Below, piece after piece: positions 49,984 to 58,833 of a stretch of DNA of 64,000 bases. The position numbers were made by a program, and so were the translations under genes. The DNA comes from an uncultured Gemmatimonadales bacterium (GTDB lineage Bacteria; Gemmatimonadota; Gemmatimonadetes; Gemmatimonadales; Gemmatimonadaceae), in NCBI GenBank assembly GCA_963851265.1, contig CAWKNZ010000002.1, forward strand, positions 224,001-288,000, read 5' to 3'. The notes beneath the pieces are model-generated. The model was not told where the DNA came from. It did not search any database and worked only from the letters and a program-made list of their open reading frames with translations. Every line of letters starts with the position of its first letter. Within the stretch, counting starts at the first letter, position 1.

Positions 49984-50553
49984 CTAACGCCGCGCCGCGC
50001 GGCGGGCCGGTCCGGGGCGCGCCGGCGCCCGGCGCTCGTCGGCCGCGAGGCGCTTCACGAACAGGAACTTCTTCCCGATCGACAGCTCCGAGCGCGAGAT
50101 CGCCGCGTAGCGCGCGATCTTCTCCGGGTAGCGCGCGAGGCTCGACTGGCGGAAACCCGCGGCCGTGAACAGGGTGTCGGCGAGCGAGACGGCGAACAGC
50201 TCGGGGTAGCCGCGCTGCCGCGCGAGCGCCTCGGCGGCCGCGATCAGGCGCCGCCCGAGTCCGCGCCCCTGCGCCTCGGGCGCGACGGCGAGCGAGACGA
50301 GTTCGGCGAGCGACGGCGCGTACTCGTCGATCGCGACGCAGCCTAACAGCGGGGCGTCGTGGCCCGCCGGGGCGCCGTCCGCGCCGCGAGGGGCGTCGCC
50401 TCGCGCCACGCGGTAGCCCTCGATGCGCGCCGCGACGAAGGCCGGCGTGCGCGGCAGCGTGAGCCCGTCGGGCGCGTAGCGGTTGTTGAGCGCGGCGATC
50501 GCTTCGGCGTCCTCCGGGCGCGCGGGGACGATGGCCGGGGCGGCGTCCGTCAC
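49984..50553 (-). CDS. GNAT N-acyltransferase (short, ArgA-like)
   Basis: LAELVSLAVAPEAQGRGLGRRLI; GTGA overlap with the upstream peptidase. Confidence 0.88.
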   Translation of the reverse strand: MTDAAPAIVPARPEDAEAIAALNNRYAPDGLTLPRTPAFVAARIEGYRVARGDAPRGADGAPAGHDAPLLGCVAIDEYAPSLAELVSLAVAPEAQGRGLGRRLIAAAEALARQRGYPELFAVSLADTLFTAAGFRQSSLARYPEKIARYAAISRSELSIGKKFLFVKRLAADERRAPARPGPARRAARR

Positions 50554-52238
50554 CGCCCGGCCCCCATGGCCCCGTGCGGTGCCGGGAGCGGCGCGCGCGG
50601 CAGCAGCGCGGGCAGGTTGGCCGCGCCGTAGAGCACCGTCGCGGTCACGACGGCGGCCTGGCGCAGGTCGTCGGGGGCGAGGTTGGCCGCGACGTCCGCG
50701 CTGGTGTGGTGCGTGCGCGTCTCGTAGTCGAGCGGGTCCTGCAGGAAGGTGAATGCGGGAACGCCCACGCTCGCGAACGGCATGTGGTCGGTGCTGCCCG
50801 TGTTGGCGATGGTCAGCGTCGTGGGACCCAGGTCGGCGACGGGCGCGAGCAGCTGCCGGAAGACGGGCCGCGCCGCCGCGTTCCCCTGCAGCCACACGCC
50901 GCGGATGCGCCCGGTGCCGTTGTCGAAGTTGAGGTACGTGCTGAGGCGCGCCTGCTCCGGCTTGAGTCGCATCGTCTCGGGGTCGCCGAGGTGCGCGCGC
51001 ACCCAGCCTAACGAGCCGAAGTAGTCCTCGTGCTCCTCGCCGTCCCAGAGCGCGACGCGGACGGTGCGGCGCGGGTGCGCGCCGGCGGCCGTCAGCAGGC
51101 GCAGGGCTTCGATCGCCACCGCCGCGCCGGCCGCGTTGTCGGTGGCGCCGGTGCCAGCGGTCCACGAGTCGAAGTGCCCGCCGACCATCACGACCTCGGC
51201 CTCGAGCGCGGGGTCGCTCCCGGGCAACTCGGCGATCACGTCGGAGCCGGTCGAATCGGCGCGCGTACGCGGCGCGTCGAGGCGCGCGCGGACGTCCAGC
51301 GTGACCTCGGGCGCGGGGCGCCCCGCGCGCGCGGCCAGGCGCACGAGGTTGGCGAGCCGCCCGTAGTCGTCGCGCGAGACGACCATCGCCGGGGGCGCGG
51401 CGCGCAGGTCGGTGTCGTACGCCTGGTACGCGCCGACCATGGGCACGAGCGGGTTGCGGCTCGGCGCGAGCACGGCCACCGCGCCGGCCCGCGCGAGCGC
51501 GAGGTACACGCCCTGTCGCCGCGCCACGTTCGCCGGGTAGTCGCCCGCGTCCTCCCAGTAGTCGCGCGGCGAGCCCGGCGCGGTGAGCCGGGCGAGCGAG
51601 TCGAGCTGCGCGTCGGTCCACCGCGTCGTGAGCGGCTCGGCGTGCTCGTCGCGGAGCGACAGTCCGGGCACCTCGCCGAGCATCACGATGCGCCCGCGCA
51701 CGCGTGCGGCCAGGCGGCCACTGTCGGCGCGGGCGACGTCGCCCGCCGAGTCGAGGCGCTCGGTGACGAGCACCGGCGTGCCACGCACCGCGGCCCCGTT
51801 GCCCGCGGGTCCGGTGGCCGGGCTCCACGCGAACGGGTACGCGACGAGGCGCGCGTAGTACGGCGCGTTCAGCTCGAGCGAGTAGCTCTCGAGGGTCCAG
51901 CGGTTGCCGCGCCGCGTACCCCACGGCTCGAGGTGCGCGGTGAGCCCGTAGCCCGCGAGCGTGCGCCGCGCCCACTCGGCCGCCTCGCCCCACGCGCGTG
52001 ACCCCGCCAGTCGCGGGCCGAAGACGTCGGAGAGGATGGTCGCCGTCTCGGCCACGCGCGAGTGGGTCATCCCCTCCTCGCGGACGCGGGCGAGCACCGC
52101 CGCGTCGGCGGCCGAGTCGGGCGCGCGCGCGGGTTGCGCGTGCACCGACGCGCCAGCGACCGGCGTGCCGGCGAGCAACGCGCCGAGGAGGACGGCCAGG
52201 CGGCGGGTGGGCGTGGAAGTCGACGGACGGCGTGGCAT
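50550..52238 (-). CDS. Secreted M28 peptidase (carboxypeptidase Q-like)
   Basis: Signal peptide; GPRLAGS, GGHFDSW, GATDN, WDGEE, STDH, THHT. Confidence 0.92.
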   Translation of the reverse strand: MPRRPSTSTPTRRLAVLLGALLAGTPVAGASVHAQPARAPDSAADAAVLARVREEGMTHSRVAETATILSDVFGPRLAGSRAWGEAAEWARRTLAGYGLTAHLEPWGTRRGNRWTLESYSLELNAPYYARLVAYPFAWSPATGPAGNGAAVRGTPVLVTERLDSAGDVARADSGRLAARVRGRIVMLGEVPGLSLRDEHAEPLTTRWTDAQLDSLARLTAPGSPRDYWEDAGDYPANVARRQGVYLALARAGAVAVLAPSRNPLVPMVGAYQAYDTDLRAAPPAMVVSRDDYGRLANLVRLAARAGRPAPEVTLDVRARLDAPRTRADSTGSDVIAELPGSDPALEAEVVMVGGHFDSWTAGTGATDNAAGAAVAIEALRLLTAAGAHPRRTVRVALWDGEEHEDYFGSLGWVRAHLGDPETMRLKPEQARLSTYLNFDNGTGRIRGVWLQGNAAARPVFRQLLAPVADLGPTTLTIANTGSTDHMPFASVGVPAFTFLQDPLDYETRTHHTSADVAANLAPDDLRQAAVVTATVLYGAANLPALLPRAPLPAPHGAMGAGR

Positions 52239-52289
52239 CAACCGGTGGTGAAGGATCGCCCCGGCGCGACCGCCCGCGAGCGCGGCGGA

Positions 52290-53297
52290 TCATACACCCG
52301 CACGCGGCTCGAGGGCGACCACCCCGACGAGCGGCGCGGCGCGGGCGCGCTCGTAGGCGACGCTCACGAGCACCGCGTACGCGGCCGCGGCGACCGCGAT
52401 GCCCGCGTTGAGGTAGGGCGGCGCGGTGAGCGCGAGGCGGATCATGACCGTGGCCGCCGCGTAGCCCGAGTTGCGGAACACCACGCGGTAGTCGGCGCTC
52501 GCCGCGAGCGAGAGGAGCACGAGCAGCACGTCGCTGAAAATCAGCACCGTGAAGCACACCTCGAAGAACGTCGGCTGCTCGGCGCCGGGGAGCATCGCGG
52601 CGGCGTCGACCGCGCCGACGCAGAGCGCGGCCAGCAGGCCGAGTGCGACGAACTTCTTGGCCGCGATGAACGCGTCCTGGTCGTTGCCGTTGGCGATGGC
52701 GCGGTGGCGCTGCGCGTGCGCGTGCAGCTCCGCGAGTACGAACACGGCGAGCGCGCCGGCCATGTCGGCGAGGGCGACCGGCACGTGCGCCGCGGCGCCG
52801 CGCCATGCGATCGGCTCGCCCACGTGCGCGAACTCCAGGATCGCCTTGCGAAGCAGGATGAGTGCGAGGAGTTCGAACTGTTTGCCGACGGATTCCGCCA
52901 CCGACCGCGCGAGGGCGATGACGAGCGCGACGAGTTCGAGCACGAGCAGCAGGGTGAACGCGACGTCGACCGCCCAGAAGTGCGAGTGCGGCAGGCGCGC
53001 GGCCACGTCGCCCGGCAGCCACCCGCGGCGTGCGAGCTCGACGACGACGAGCGCGACGAGGAACGCGAACACGAGGCAGAGCCCCATCGCGTGTTGCGTG
53101 CGGGGCCGCTCCCACGCGCGTTCGATGAGGTCGAACAGCCGCGCCGGAGGGCCGAGGGCGCGCCAGAGCAGGCGGCGCGTGCGCGCGTGCGACACGTCCT
53201 CGGGCGCGCCGAGTCCGCCGACGAGACCGGGGGGGTGAGGCGCGGCGGCGGTGGGCGGTGCGGCCGACGGCGGGGCGGCGCGGGCGGGCTCGGGCAT
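52290..53297 (-). CDS. Polytopic membrane protein of unknown function
   Basis: About 8 hydrophobic segments; VGKQFE, FRNSG; two similar halves (FTLLLVLEL / FTVLIFSDV). Confidence 0.8.
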   Translation of the reverse strand: MPEPARAAPPSAAPPTAAAPHPPGLVGGLGAPEDVSHARTRRLLWRALGPPARLFDLIERAWERPRTQHAMGLCLVFAFLVALVVVELARRGWLPGDVAARLPHSHFWAVDVAFTLLLVLELVALVIALARSVAESVGKQFELLALILLRKAILEFAHVGEPIAWRGAAAHVPVALADMAGALAVFVLAELHAHAQRHRAIANGNDQDAFIAAKKFVALGLLAALCVGAVDAAAMLPGAEQPTFFEVCFTVLIFSDVLLVLLSLAASADYRVVFRNSGYAAATVMIRLALTAPPYLNAGIAVAAAAYAVLVSVAYERARAAPLVGVVALEPRAGV

Positions 53298-53427
53298 GGC
53301 ACACACCCTCCGGCGCTATCAGGGCGCCCGTGCGGGAACACGGGCTCTGCGGCGCGGCCCGGATGCTGCCCTAATGTGCGGGCCGAGTTCGCTTTGCGCA
53401 TCACCTCGACCCCAGCCGGCACACGCC

Positions 53428-53766
53428 GTGACCCCCATCTCCGCCCTCACCCGACTCACTTCGCTCGCGCCGACGCCGCGCCCGGCGGGCCGCGGCGCAC
53501 CGGAACGGGTCGTGGCCGACCGGAGCCGGTTCGATGCGCGAGCAGCCGGTCGGTCGGCCGACCGGCTGCTCGCGGACGGCCGCCCCGGGGTGCCGCTCTA
53601 CGGGGCGGCCGCCTACCTCGGCGTGGCGCGCGCCCTCGCCGACCGCCCCGCGCCCGACGCGCGCTTGGAGCTGTCGGCTCGCGTGCTGGCCGACGGCGAG
53701 CGGGTGAGCGTGGCGCGCCGACTCGAAGGCGCGCGCACGGTCGGGATCGAGGCAGTCGTCGGCTGA
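53428..53766 (+). CDS. Hypothetical protein
   Basis: GC3-rich codons (PLYGAAAYL); its 3' end overlaps the tail of the opposite-strand M61 ORF. Confidence 0.4.
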   Translation: MTPISALTRLTSLAPTPRPAGRGAPERVVADRSRFDARAAGRSADRLLADGRPGVPLYGAAAYLGVARALADRPAPDARLELSARVLADGERVSVARRLEGARTVGIEAVVG

Positions 53767-55799
53767 TCGGGGCCGGCCGGCGTCTCGGCCAGCGTGGCGA
53801 GCGCCTCGGCGCCCGCGCCCTCCGGGCCGCGGAGCCACACGCGCCGGAGCGCCTGCTGCCGTTCGGTGGGCGCGTCGACGTCGGTGAGGCGCACGCGCAA
53901 CACTTCGTAGCCCGTGATCGGCACCACGACGTGCACCGGCGTGGGGTCGGCGGCGCCGGGCGCGGGGCGCAGCACGTCGACCGCGACCGAGTCATCGATC
54001 TTGGCACCCGCGATGGCGCGCGTGAACGCGGCCGCGTCGTTGACCGGCGCGTCGTTCACCGAGACGACGAGGTCGCCGCCGCGGAGCCCGGCCTGGTACC
54101 AGGCGCCCGTGAGCAGCGGCGCGGCCAGCCGCGGGCGCGTGCCCGCCGCGCCCCCCGCGCTGCCGATGCCGCCGAAGGGCAGCACGCTCACGCGCAGGTC
54201 CGGCCGCGGGCGGCCGAGCGAGTCGGCGGCCGCCTCGCGCACGGTGTCGAGTTGCCACCCGGCCGTCGCGAGCCGCGGCGCCCAGTTGATCGGCTGCGCG
54301 GCGTGCACGTACGCGGCGAAGAAGGGCGTCATGTTGCAGCCGCAGACGGCGCTCGCGGTCGCCTCGAGGTCGGCGGGGACGAAGCCGGCGGGGCCGGAGA
54401 AGCGGTCGTAGAGCGAACGCATCATGTCGTCGACGCCGCGCCGCCCCGCGCTCGCCGAGCGCAGGCGCAGCTCGAGCAGCTCGCCTAACAGCCTGCCCTG
54501 CAGGTAGTACGTGATGCTGTAGCCGCCGTTGACCGACGCCTGGTCCCAGGCCGTGAGGCTGGACCGCTCCGGGCTGACGCGCGCGCCCGCCGGGTTGTTG
54601 AGGTAGTCGCCGACCGCACTCTCGAAGTCGCGCACGGCGGCGGCGGAGTCGCGCAGGCCCGAGCGGCGCAGGAGTTCGGCGGCCATGTAATCGGTCACGC
54701 CCTCGCTCCACCAGAGGGAGGGCGTGCGCGTGGTGCGCACGTAGTCGAACGGTCCGAGCTCGCGGGGGCGCAGGCGCTTGACGTTCCAGAGGTGGAAGTA
54801 CTCGTGCGCGGTCACCGCCGCGGCCGCGGCCGGGTCGCGGGCGAGGCGCGCCGCGGGGATGCCGATGGTGGTCGAGTTGAGGTGTTCGAGCCCGCCGCCC
54901 GCGCCGTCGACGTAGAGGAACGCGTACTCGCGGTAGGGCAGCTCGCCCATCACGCGGCGCGCGGCGCGGACGGCCACGGCGGTCGTGTGGGTGAAGCGGC
55001 TCGTGTCGAACGACGGCGCGGCGGACGAGCGCCAGTAGGCGACGCGGTGGGGGGCGCCGTCGACGTCGAAGCGCGCGACGCGGAGCGACGACGGGGGCCC
55101 GGCGAGGATCGGGCTGTCGAGCAGCACGTCGAGGCTCGGCGCGAAGAAGTTGCGCGGCTCGGACGTGGGGACGAGCCCGGTGACCACCTGCCAGCCCGCG
55201 GGCGCGTCGACGTGGACGCGCGCGGGGAGGCGCTCGGAGCCGGTGATGAAGGCCCAGGTGAGCGGCCCGTCGACGAGCGCGCCGTCGCGGCGGAGAAAGC
55301 TGCGGTCGTTAGGCGTGGCCGCCGCGGCGGCGGACGGGAACGTGACGTGGTACGAGATGCGGAGCGCGCTCGTGTCCTCGGGGAGGCGCCGGGCCGAGTC
55401 GGGGGTGACGTCGTCGGGCAGCGGCGGGGCGGTGACGATGCGCCACGTGCTGTCCGGCTGCTTGGACGGCCCGATGGTGCGGCCGCCGCGCGAGGCGGTG
55501 ACGTTCTCGGCGTACTGGCCGAACTCGGCGATGCGGTAGGCGCCGGGCGCCCACCGCGCGAAGCCGAGGCGCACGGCGGGGAGGGGCGGGCGGCGGATGA
55601 CGAGCGTGACGTCCCACCCCGTGAGGTCGGTGGTGTCGAGGCGGACGGTGTAGTCGAGCTGCGGGTCGGTGCGCGCGCGGCGGACCTCGAACGCGTCGGA
55701 GTAGGCGCGGGGGGCGACCTGGGCGCGGGCGGCCGGGGCGACGACGGCCGCGCAGACGGCGAGCGCGGCCCGAGCGAAGCGGCGGGAGCGGTTCGGCAT
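53613..55799 (-). CDS. M61 glycyl aminopeptidase with a PDZ domain
   Basis: Signal peptide; WAPGAY, LLDSP, GGLEHLNS, HEYFHLWNVKR, LWWSEG.T.Y, AGLRGGDLVVSVND. Confidence 0.93.
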   Translation of the reverse strand: MPNRSRRFARAALAVCAAVVAPAARAQVAPRAYSDAFEVRRARTDPQLDYTVRLDTTDLTGWDVTLVIRRPPLPAVRLGFARWAPGAYRIAEFGQYAENVTASRGGRTIGPSKQPDSTWRIVTAPPLPDDVTPDSARRLPEDTSALRISYHVTFPSAAAAATPNDRSFLRRDGALVDGPLTWAFITGSERLPARVHVDAPAGWQVVTGLVPTSEPRNFFAPSLDVLLDSPILAGPPSSLRVARFDVDGAPHRVAYWRSSAAPSFDTSRFTHTTAVAVRAARRVMGELPYREYAFLYVDGAGGGLEHLNSTTIGIPAARLARDPAAAAAVTAHEYFHLWNVKRLRPRELGPFDYVRTTRTPSLWWSEGVTDYMAAELLRRSGLRDSAAAVRDFESAVGDYLNNPAGARVSPERSSLTAWDQASVNGGYSITYYLQGRLLGELLELRLRSASAGRRGVDDMMRSLYDRFSGPAGFVPADLEATASAVCGCNMTPFFAAYVHAAQPINWAPRLATAGWQLDTVREAAADSLGRPRPDLRVSVLPFGGIGSAGGAAGTRPRLAAPLLTGAWYQAGLRGGDLVVSVNDAPVNDAAAFTRAIAGAKIDDSVAVDVLRPAPGAADPTPVHVVVPITGYEVLRVRLTDVDAPTERQQALRRVWLRGPEGAGAEALATLAETPAGPDQPTTASIPTVRAPSSRRATLTRSPSASTRADSSKRASGAGRSARARATPR

Positions 55800-55868
55800 C
55801 CGGGCCAATCTACGGACGCGACGTCCCGACCGCCCGCCGCGTCCGCGGCGTGGCCGTACGTTAGGCGC

Positions 55869-56060
55869 TCAGAACTCGCGCCGCTTCATCTCCTTGAACA
55901 TCTGCTCGCGCTCGACGCCGGCGTCGTCGGTGTGCGGGTCGCCGGCCGAGCGCGTGGCGTCGAGCGTCGGATCGAAGCCCTTGGGCCTGCGCGCCTTGGC
56001 CGCCTGTTCCGCCTTCTGCTGCGTCTGCTTCATCAGCTTCGCGAACTGCTTGTCGTTCAT
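55869..56060 (-). CDS. Small hypothetical protein (63 aa)
   Basis: GGAG RBS; K-rich protein with strong codon bias; FKEMKRREF C-terminus. Confidence 0.8.
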   Translation of the reverse strand: MNDKQFAKLMKQTQQKAEQAAKARRPKGFDPTLDATRSAGDPHTDDAGVEREQMFKEMKRREF

Positions 56061-56090
56061 CGCGGTCTCCGGGGAGGGGTTACGGGCTCG

Positions 56091-57122
56091 TCACGACCAC
56101 TCGTGCGGGCGCTTCCACAGCTGGCGGCCGAGCTGCCAGGAGCGCTTCGACACCTCGCCCCCTTCGGCCCAGAGGTCGGCGTCGTCGAGCGCGTCGAGGA
56201 AGTCGGTGGCCTTGGCGCTCGCGTCGTCGGCGTGGTGGACGATCTGGGCCTCGACGGTCATGGGCACGACGGGCGAGCCGTACTCCAGCTTGCCGTGGTG
56301 CGAGAGGATCATGTGCCGCAGCTCGAGCAGCTGGCCCTCGCTGCACGGCATCTCGCCTAACGCCTGGAGGCAGCGCTCGAGGTGGAGGACGCCGAGCACG
56401 ACGTGGCCGACGAGCAGGCCGCACGGCGTCGCGGAGAAGCCGGCCGGCGACACCTCGTACGCCTCGACCTTGCCGATGTCGTGCAGCAGCGCGCCGGCGA
56501 CGACGAGGTCCTCGTTCACCCGGCGCACGGCCTTGGCCGACATCTTCGCGATGTTCGCCACCTCGACCGTGTGCTGCAGCAGGCCACCGATCTTCGCGTG
56601 GTGCCCCTTGGTCGACCCCGGCGCGCGCTCGAACTGGACGCGGAAGGCGTCGTCGCCGAACACGGCGTGCAGCACGGCGCCGAGCGCCTCGGACTGCACC
56701 GCGCCGCGCGCCCGGTCGAGGCGGTCCCAGAGCTTCTCGACGTCCTCGTCGACGTGCGGAAGGAAGTCGGCGGGGGAGAACTGCGAGTCGGGGAGCACGC
56801 GCAGCGGCGCGGTCACGGTCAGCTGCCGCTTGGCCGCGCCGTTGAAGGCGGCGAGCTTCACGTCCCCGATCACCTGCACCACGCGCCCCTGGTCGGCGCC
56901 GTCCACCCAGTCGAGGCGCTCGAACCAGAACGGCGCGCACTCGATCACGCCCGAGCGGTTGCCGAGGACGAGCACGACGTACGGTTTGCCGTCTTTCGTG
57001 ACTTTTTCGGCGCGCTCGCGCACGAGCAGCTCGTGCTGCACGCGGGCCCCCGGCGCGAGCCCGGGCAGGTGGAGCGGCGCGGGGCCGCCGGACGAGGGAC
57101 CGCCGGTCGCGGTGGCGCTCAT
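56091..57122 (-). CDS. OB-fold plus HD nuclease (YhaM/Cbf1-like 3'-5' exoribonuclease)
   Basis: TKDGKPY, HHAKIGGLLQHT, GALLHDIGK, LVGH, SHHGKLEYGSP, HHAD. Confidence 0.9.
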   Translation of the reverse strand: MSATATGGPSSGGPAPLHLPGLAPGARVQHELLVRERAEKVTKDGKPYVVLVLGNRSGVIECAPFWFERLDWVDGADQGRVVQVIGDVKLAAFNGAAKRQLTVTAPLRVLPDSQFSPADFLPHVDEDVEKLWDRLDRARGAVQSEALGAVLHAVFGDDAFRVQFERAPGSTKGHHAKIGGLLQHTVEVANIAKMSAKAVRRVNEDLVVAGALLHDIGKVEAYEVSPAGFSATPCGLLVGHVVLGVLHLERCLQALGEMPCSEGQLLELRHMILSHHGKLEYGSPVVPMTVEAQIVHHADDASAKATDFLDALDDADLWAEGGEVSKRSWQLGRQLWKRPHEWS

Positions 57123-57132
57123 GCCGGGAAGC

Positions 57133-57759
57133 TCATGCCGGGAAACTCGGGCCGCGTGCCGCGTTGGGCAAGCCCCGCCGGGCTTCCGGTACCGTCCCGC
57201 CGGCCGCCGCGCCGTCCGCGGCCGCGCCTTCGGCCGCCGTCCCGTCGGCCGCCGTCCCGTCGAGCGGCGTCCCGTCGGCCGCCGAGCGGGCGAGGCCGAG
57301 CGCGAACTCGAGGCGCCCAACGAACGCGGCCTGCGCGGGATTCAGCTTCTCGCGCGCCGCGATCGGGGCGAACCACCCGTAGCGATCGATCTCGGGGTAG
57401 GTGAGCCATCGCCCCGACCCGCGCGGCCACTCGGCCCGCGTGGTGTTGCTCGTCGCGGTGTCGGGGTCGGCGTCGCCCTCCCACGCCCACGCGTGGACGC
57501 GCTTGCCCGCGCGCTGGCGCACGTGGCCGAGTGGGAGGTAGGGCGGGTGCGCCTCGACGCCGGTCTCCTCGCGGAACTCGCGGCACGCGGCCTCGAGCAG
57601 CTCCTCGCCGGGCTGGACGACGCCCTTGGGGATGGTCCACGCACCCGCGTCGCGCCCGCGCCAGAACGGGCCGCCGGGGTGGGCGAGGAAGAGGAACAGT
57701 CGCCCCGCGTCGCGCCGGAAGAGGACGAGCCCCGCACTCACCTGCGCCCGTCCGGTCAC
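57133..57759 (-). CDS. NUDIX hydrolase with an (AADGT)n tail
   Basis: SAG, AHPGGPFW, WTIPKG...AACREFREETG, PEIDR. Confidence 0.92.
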   Translation of the reverse strand: MTGRAQVSAGLVLFRRDAGRLFLFLAHPGGPFWRGRDAGAWTIPKGVVQPGEELLEAACREFREETGVEAHPPYLPLGHVRQRAGKRVHAWAWEGDADPDTATSNTTRAEWPRGSGRWLTYPEIDRYGWFAPIAAREKLNPAQAAFVGRLEFALGLARSAADGTPLDGTAADGTAAEGAAADGAAAGGTVPEARRGLPNAARGPSFPA

Positions 57760-58078
57760 GGCGTCGCGGGCGCTGGGTGCGCGGGGGCGCAGCGCTGGCG
57801 GCGGGCGGCGCCGAAGGCGGCGAGGAGTCGCATGACGGTCCGGAAGGAAGCGCGGCGCGGGAAGGCGCAGTGTATGAGGGCTCTGCCGGGAAGGCGACGG
57901 CCGGCGTCCGCAGGCGCGCGGCCGCGCGTGCGCCCGTGCACACGCGCAAGACGCGGGCGCGGCCGGTGGCGCGCGTCGGAAACCGCTCAGTTTGGTCCAT
58001 TGTAGGTCGGCCCGGACATTGCGCTACCGCGCGCCGTCTGTCTCTCTCGCCGTTTCGCAGCCCTTAGGAGCTGTTGTC

Positions 58079-58816
58079 GTGGAGTCCATCCGTCCTCTCG
58101 CGCGCCTGTCGGCCGACGTGCGCGCCATGATTGCCCCGTACGGCGCCAAGGCCACCTGGCCCGCCGGCTTCACCATCTACCAGCGCGGCGCCGCCGCCGA
58201 CGGGCTGTTCGTCGTGCTCACCGGGCGCGTCGTGCTGCGCAGCCGGGTCAAGGCGGGCCGGGGCTTCGTGCCCGCGGTCGCCGTGGCCGGCGAGACGTTC
58301 GGCGCGGAGGGGCTCGTGCCGCGCGGCGCCTACGCGACCGACGCCCGCGCCGAGGAGCCGAGCGAGACGCTGCACGTGCGCGGCCCGCAGTTGCGCACGT
58401 TCCTGCGCGAGCAGCCGCTCTACGGCCAGGCGTTGCTCGGCCAGGTGATGGCGGAGCGCACCGAGCTGCTCGACAAGTTGCGCGAGGTCGCGACGCTGTC
58501 GGTCGAGGACCGGCTGATCGCGGCGATGCTGCGCCTCGCGGCGCAGCGCCCGCGCGGGACGCCGGCGGGCGAGGCGCTCGTCCTCGGTCCCAACGAGTAC
58601 CGCCTGCTGTGCGAGCTGGTCGGGGCGACGCGCGAGAGCGTGTCGCTCGTCTTCAACCGGTTCGCGGCGAGCGGCCTCGTCGACCGCGACGGCGCGACCT
58701 ACACCGTCGCCGACGTCGGCGCCCTGGCCGAGCGGCTGGGGTCGACGTGGGCGGAGAACGACGCCCCGCTGGTCGTCGAGCGCGAGCCGGGCGTCGGGCG
58801 GGCGGTACGCGCCTAA
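58079..58816 (+). CDS. Crp/Fnr-family transcriptional regulator
   Basis: AGGAG RBS; cNMP domain (GETFGAE), SVEDRL, LVGATRESVS HTH. Confidence 0.9.
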   Translation: MESIRPLARLSADVRAMIAPYGAKATWPAGFTIYQRGAAADGLFVVLTGRVVLRSRVKAGRGFVPAVAVAGETFGAEGLVPRGAYATDARAEEPSETLHVRGPQLRTFLREQPLYGQALLGQVMAERTELLDKLREVATLSVEDRLIAAMLRLAAQRPRGTPAGEALVLGPNEYRLLCELVGATRESVSLVFNRFAASGLVDRDGATYTVADVGALAERLGSTWAENDAPLVVEREPGVGRAVRA

Positions 58817-58833
58817 CCGCGGCGCCCGCCCGC

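Noticed and set aside
56091..58816. HD nuclease + NUDIX + cNMP-binding protein as an anti-phage nucleotide-signalling system
   Set aside because: Each matches a common housekeeping family (YhaM-like, NUDIX, Crp); there is no cyclase or effector and no compositional sign of an island
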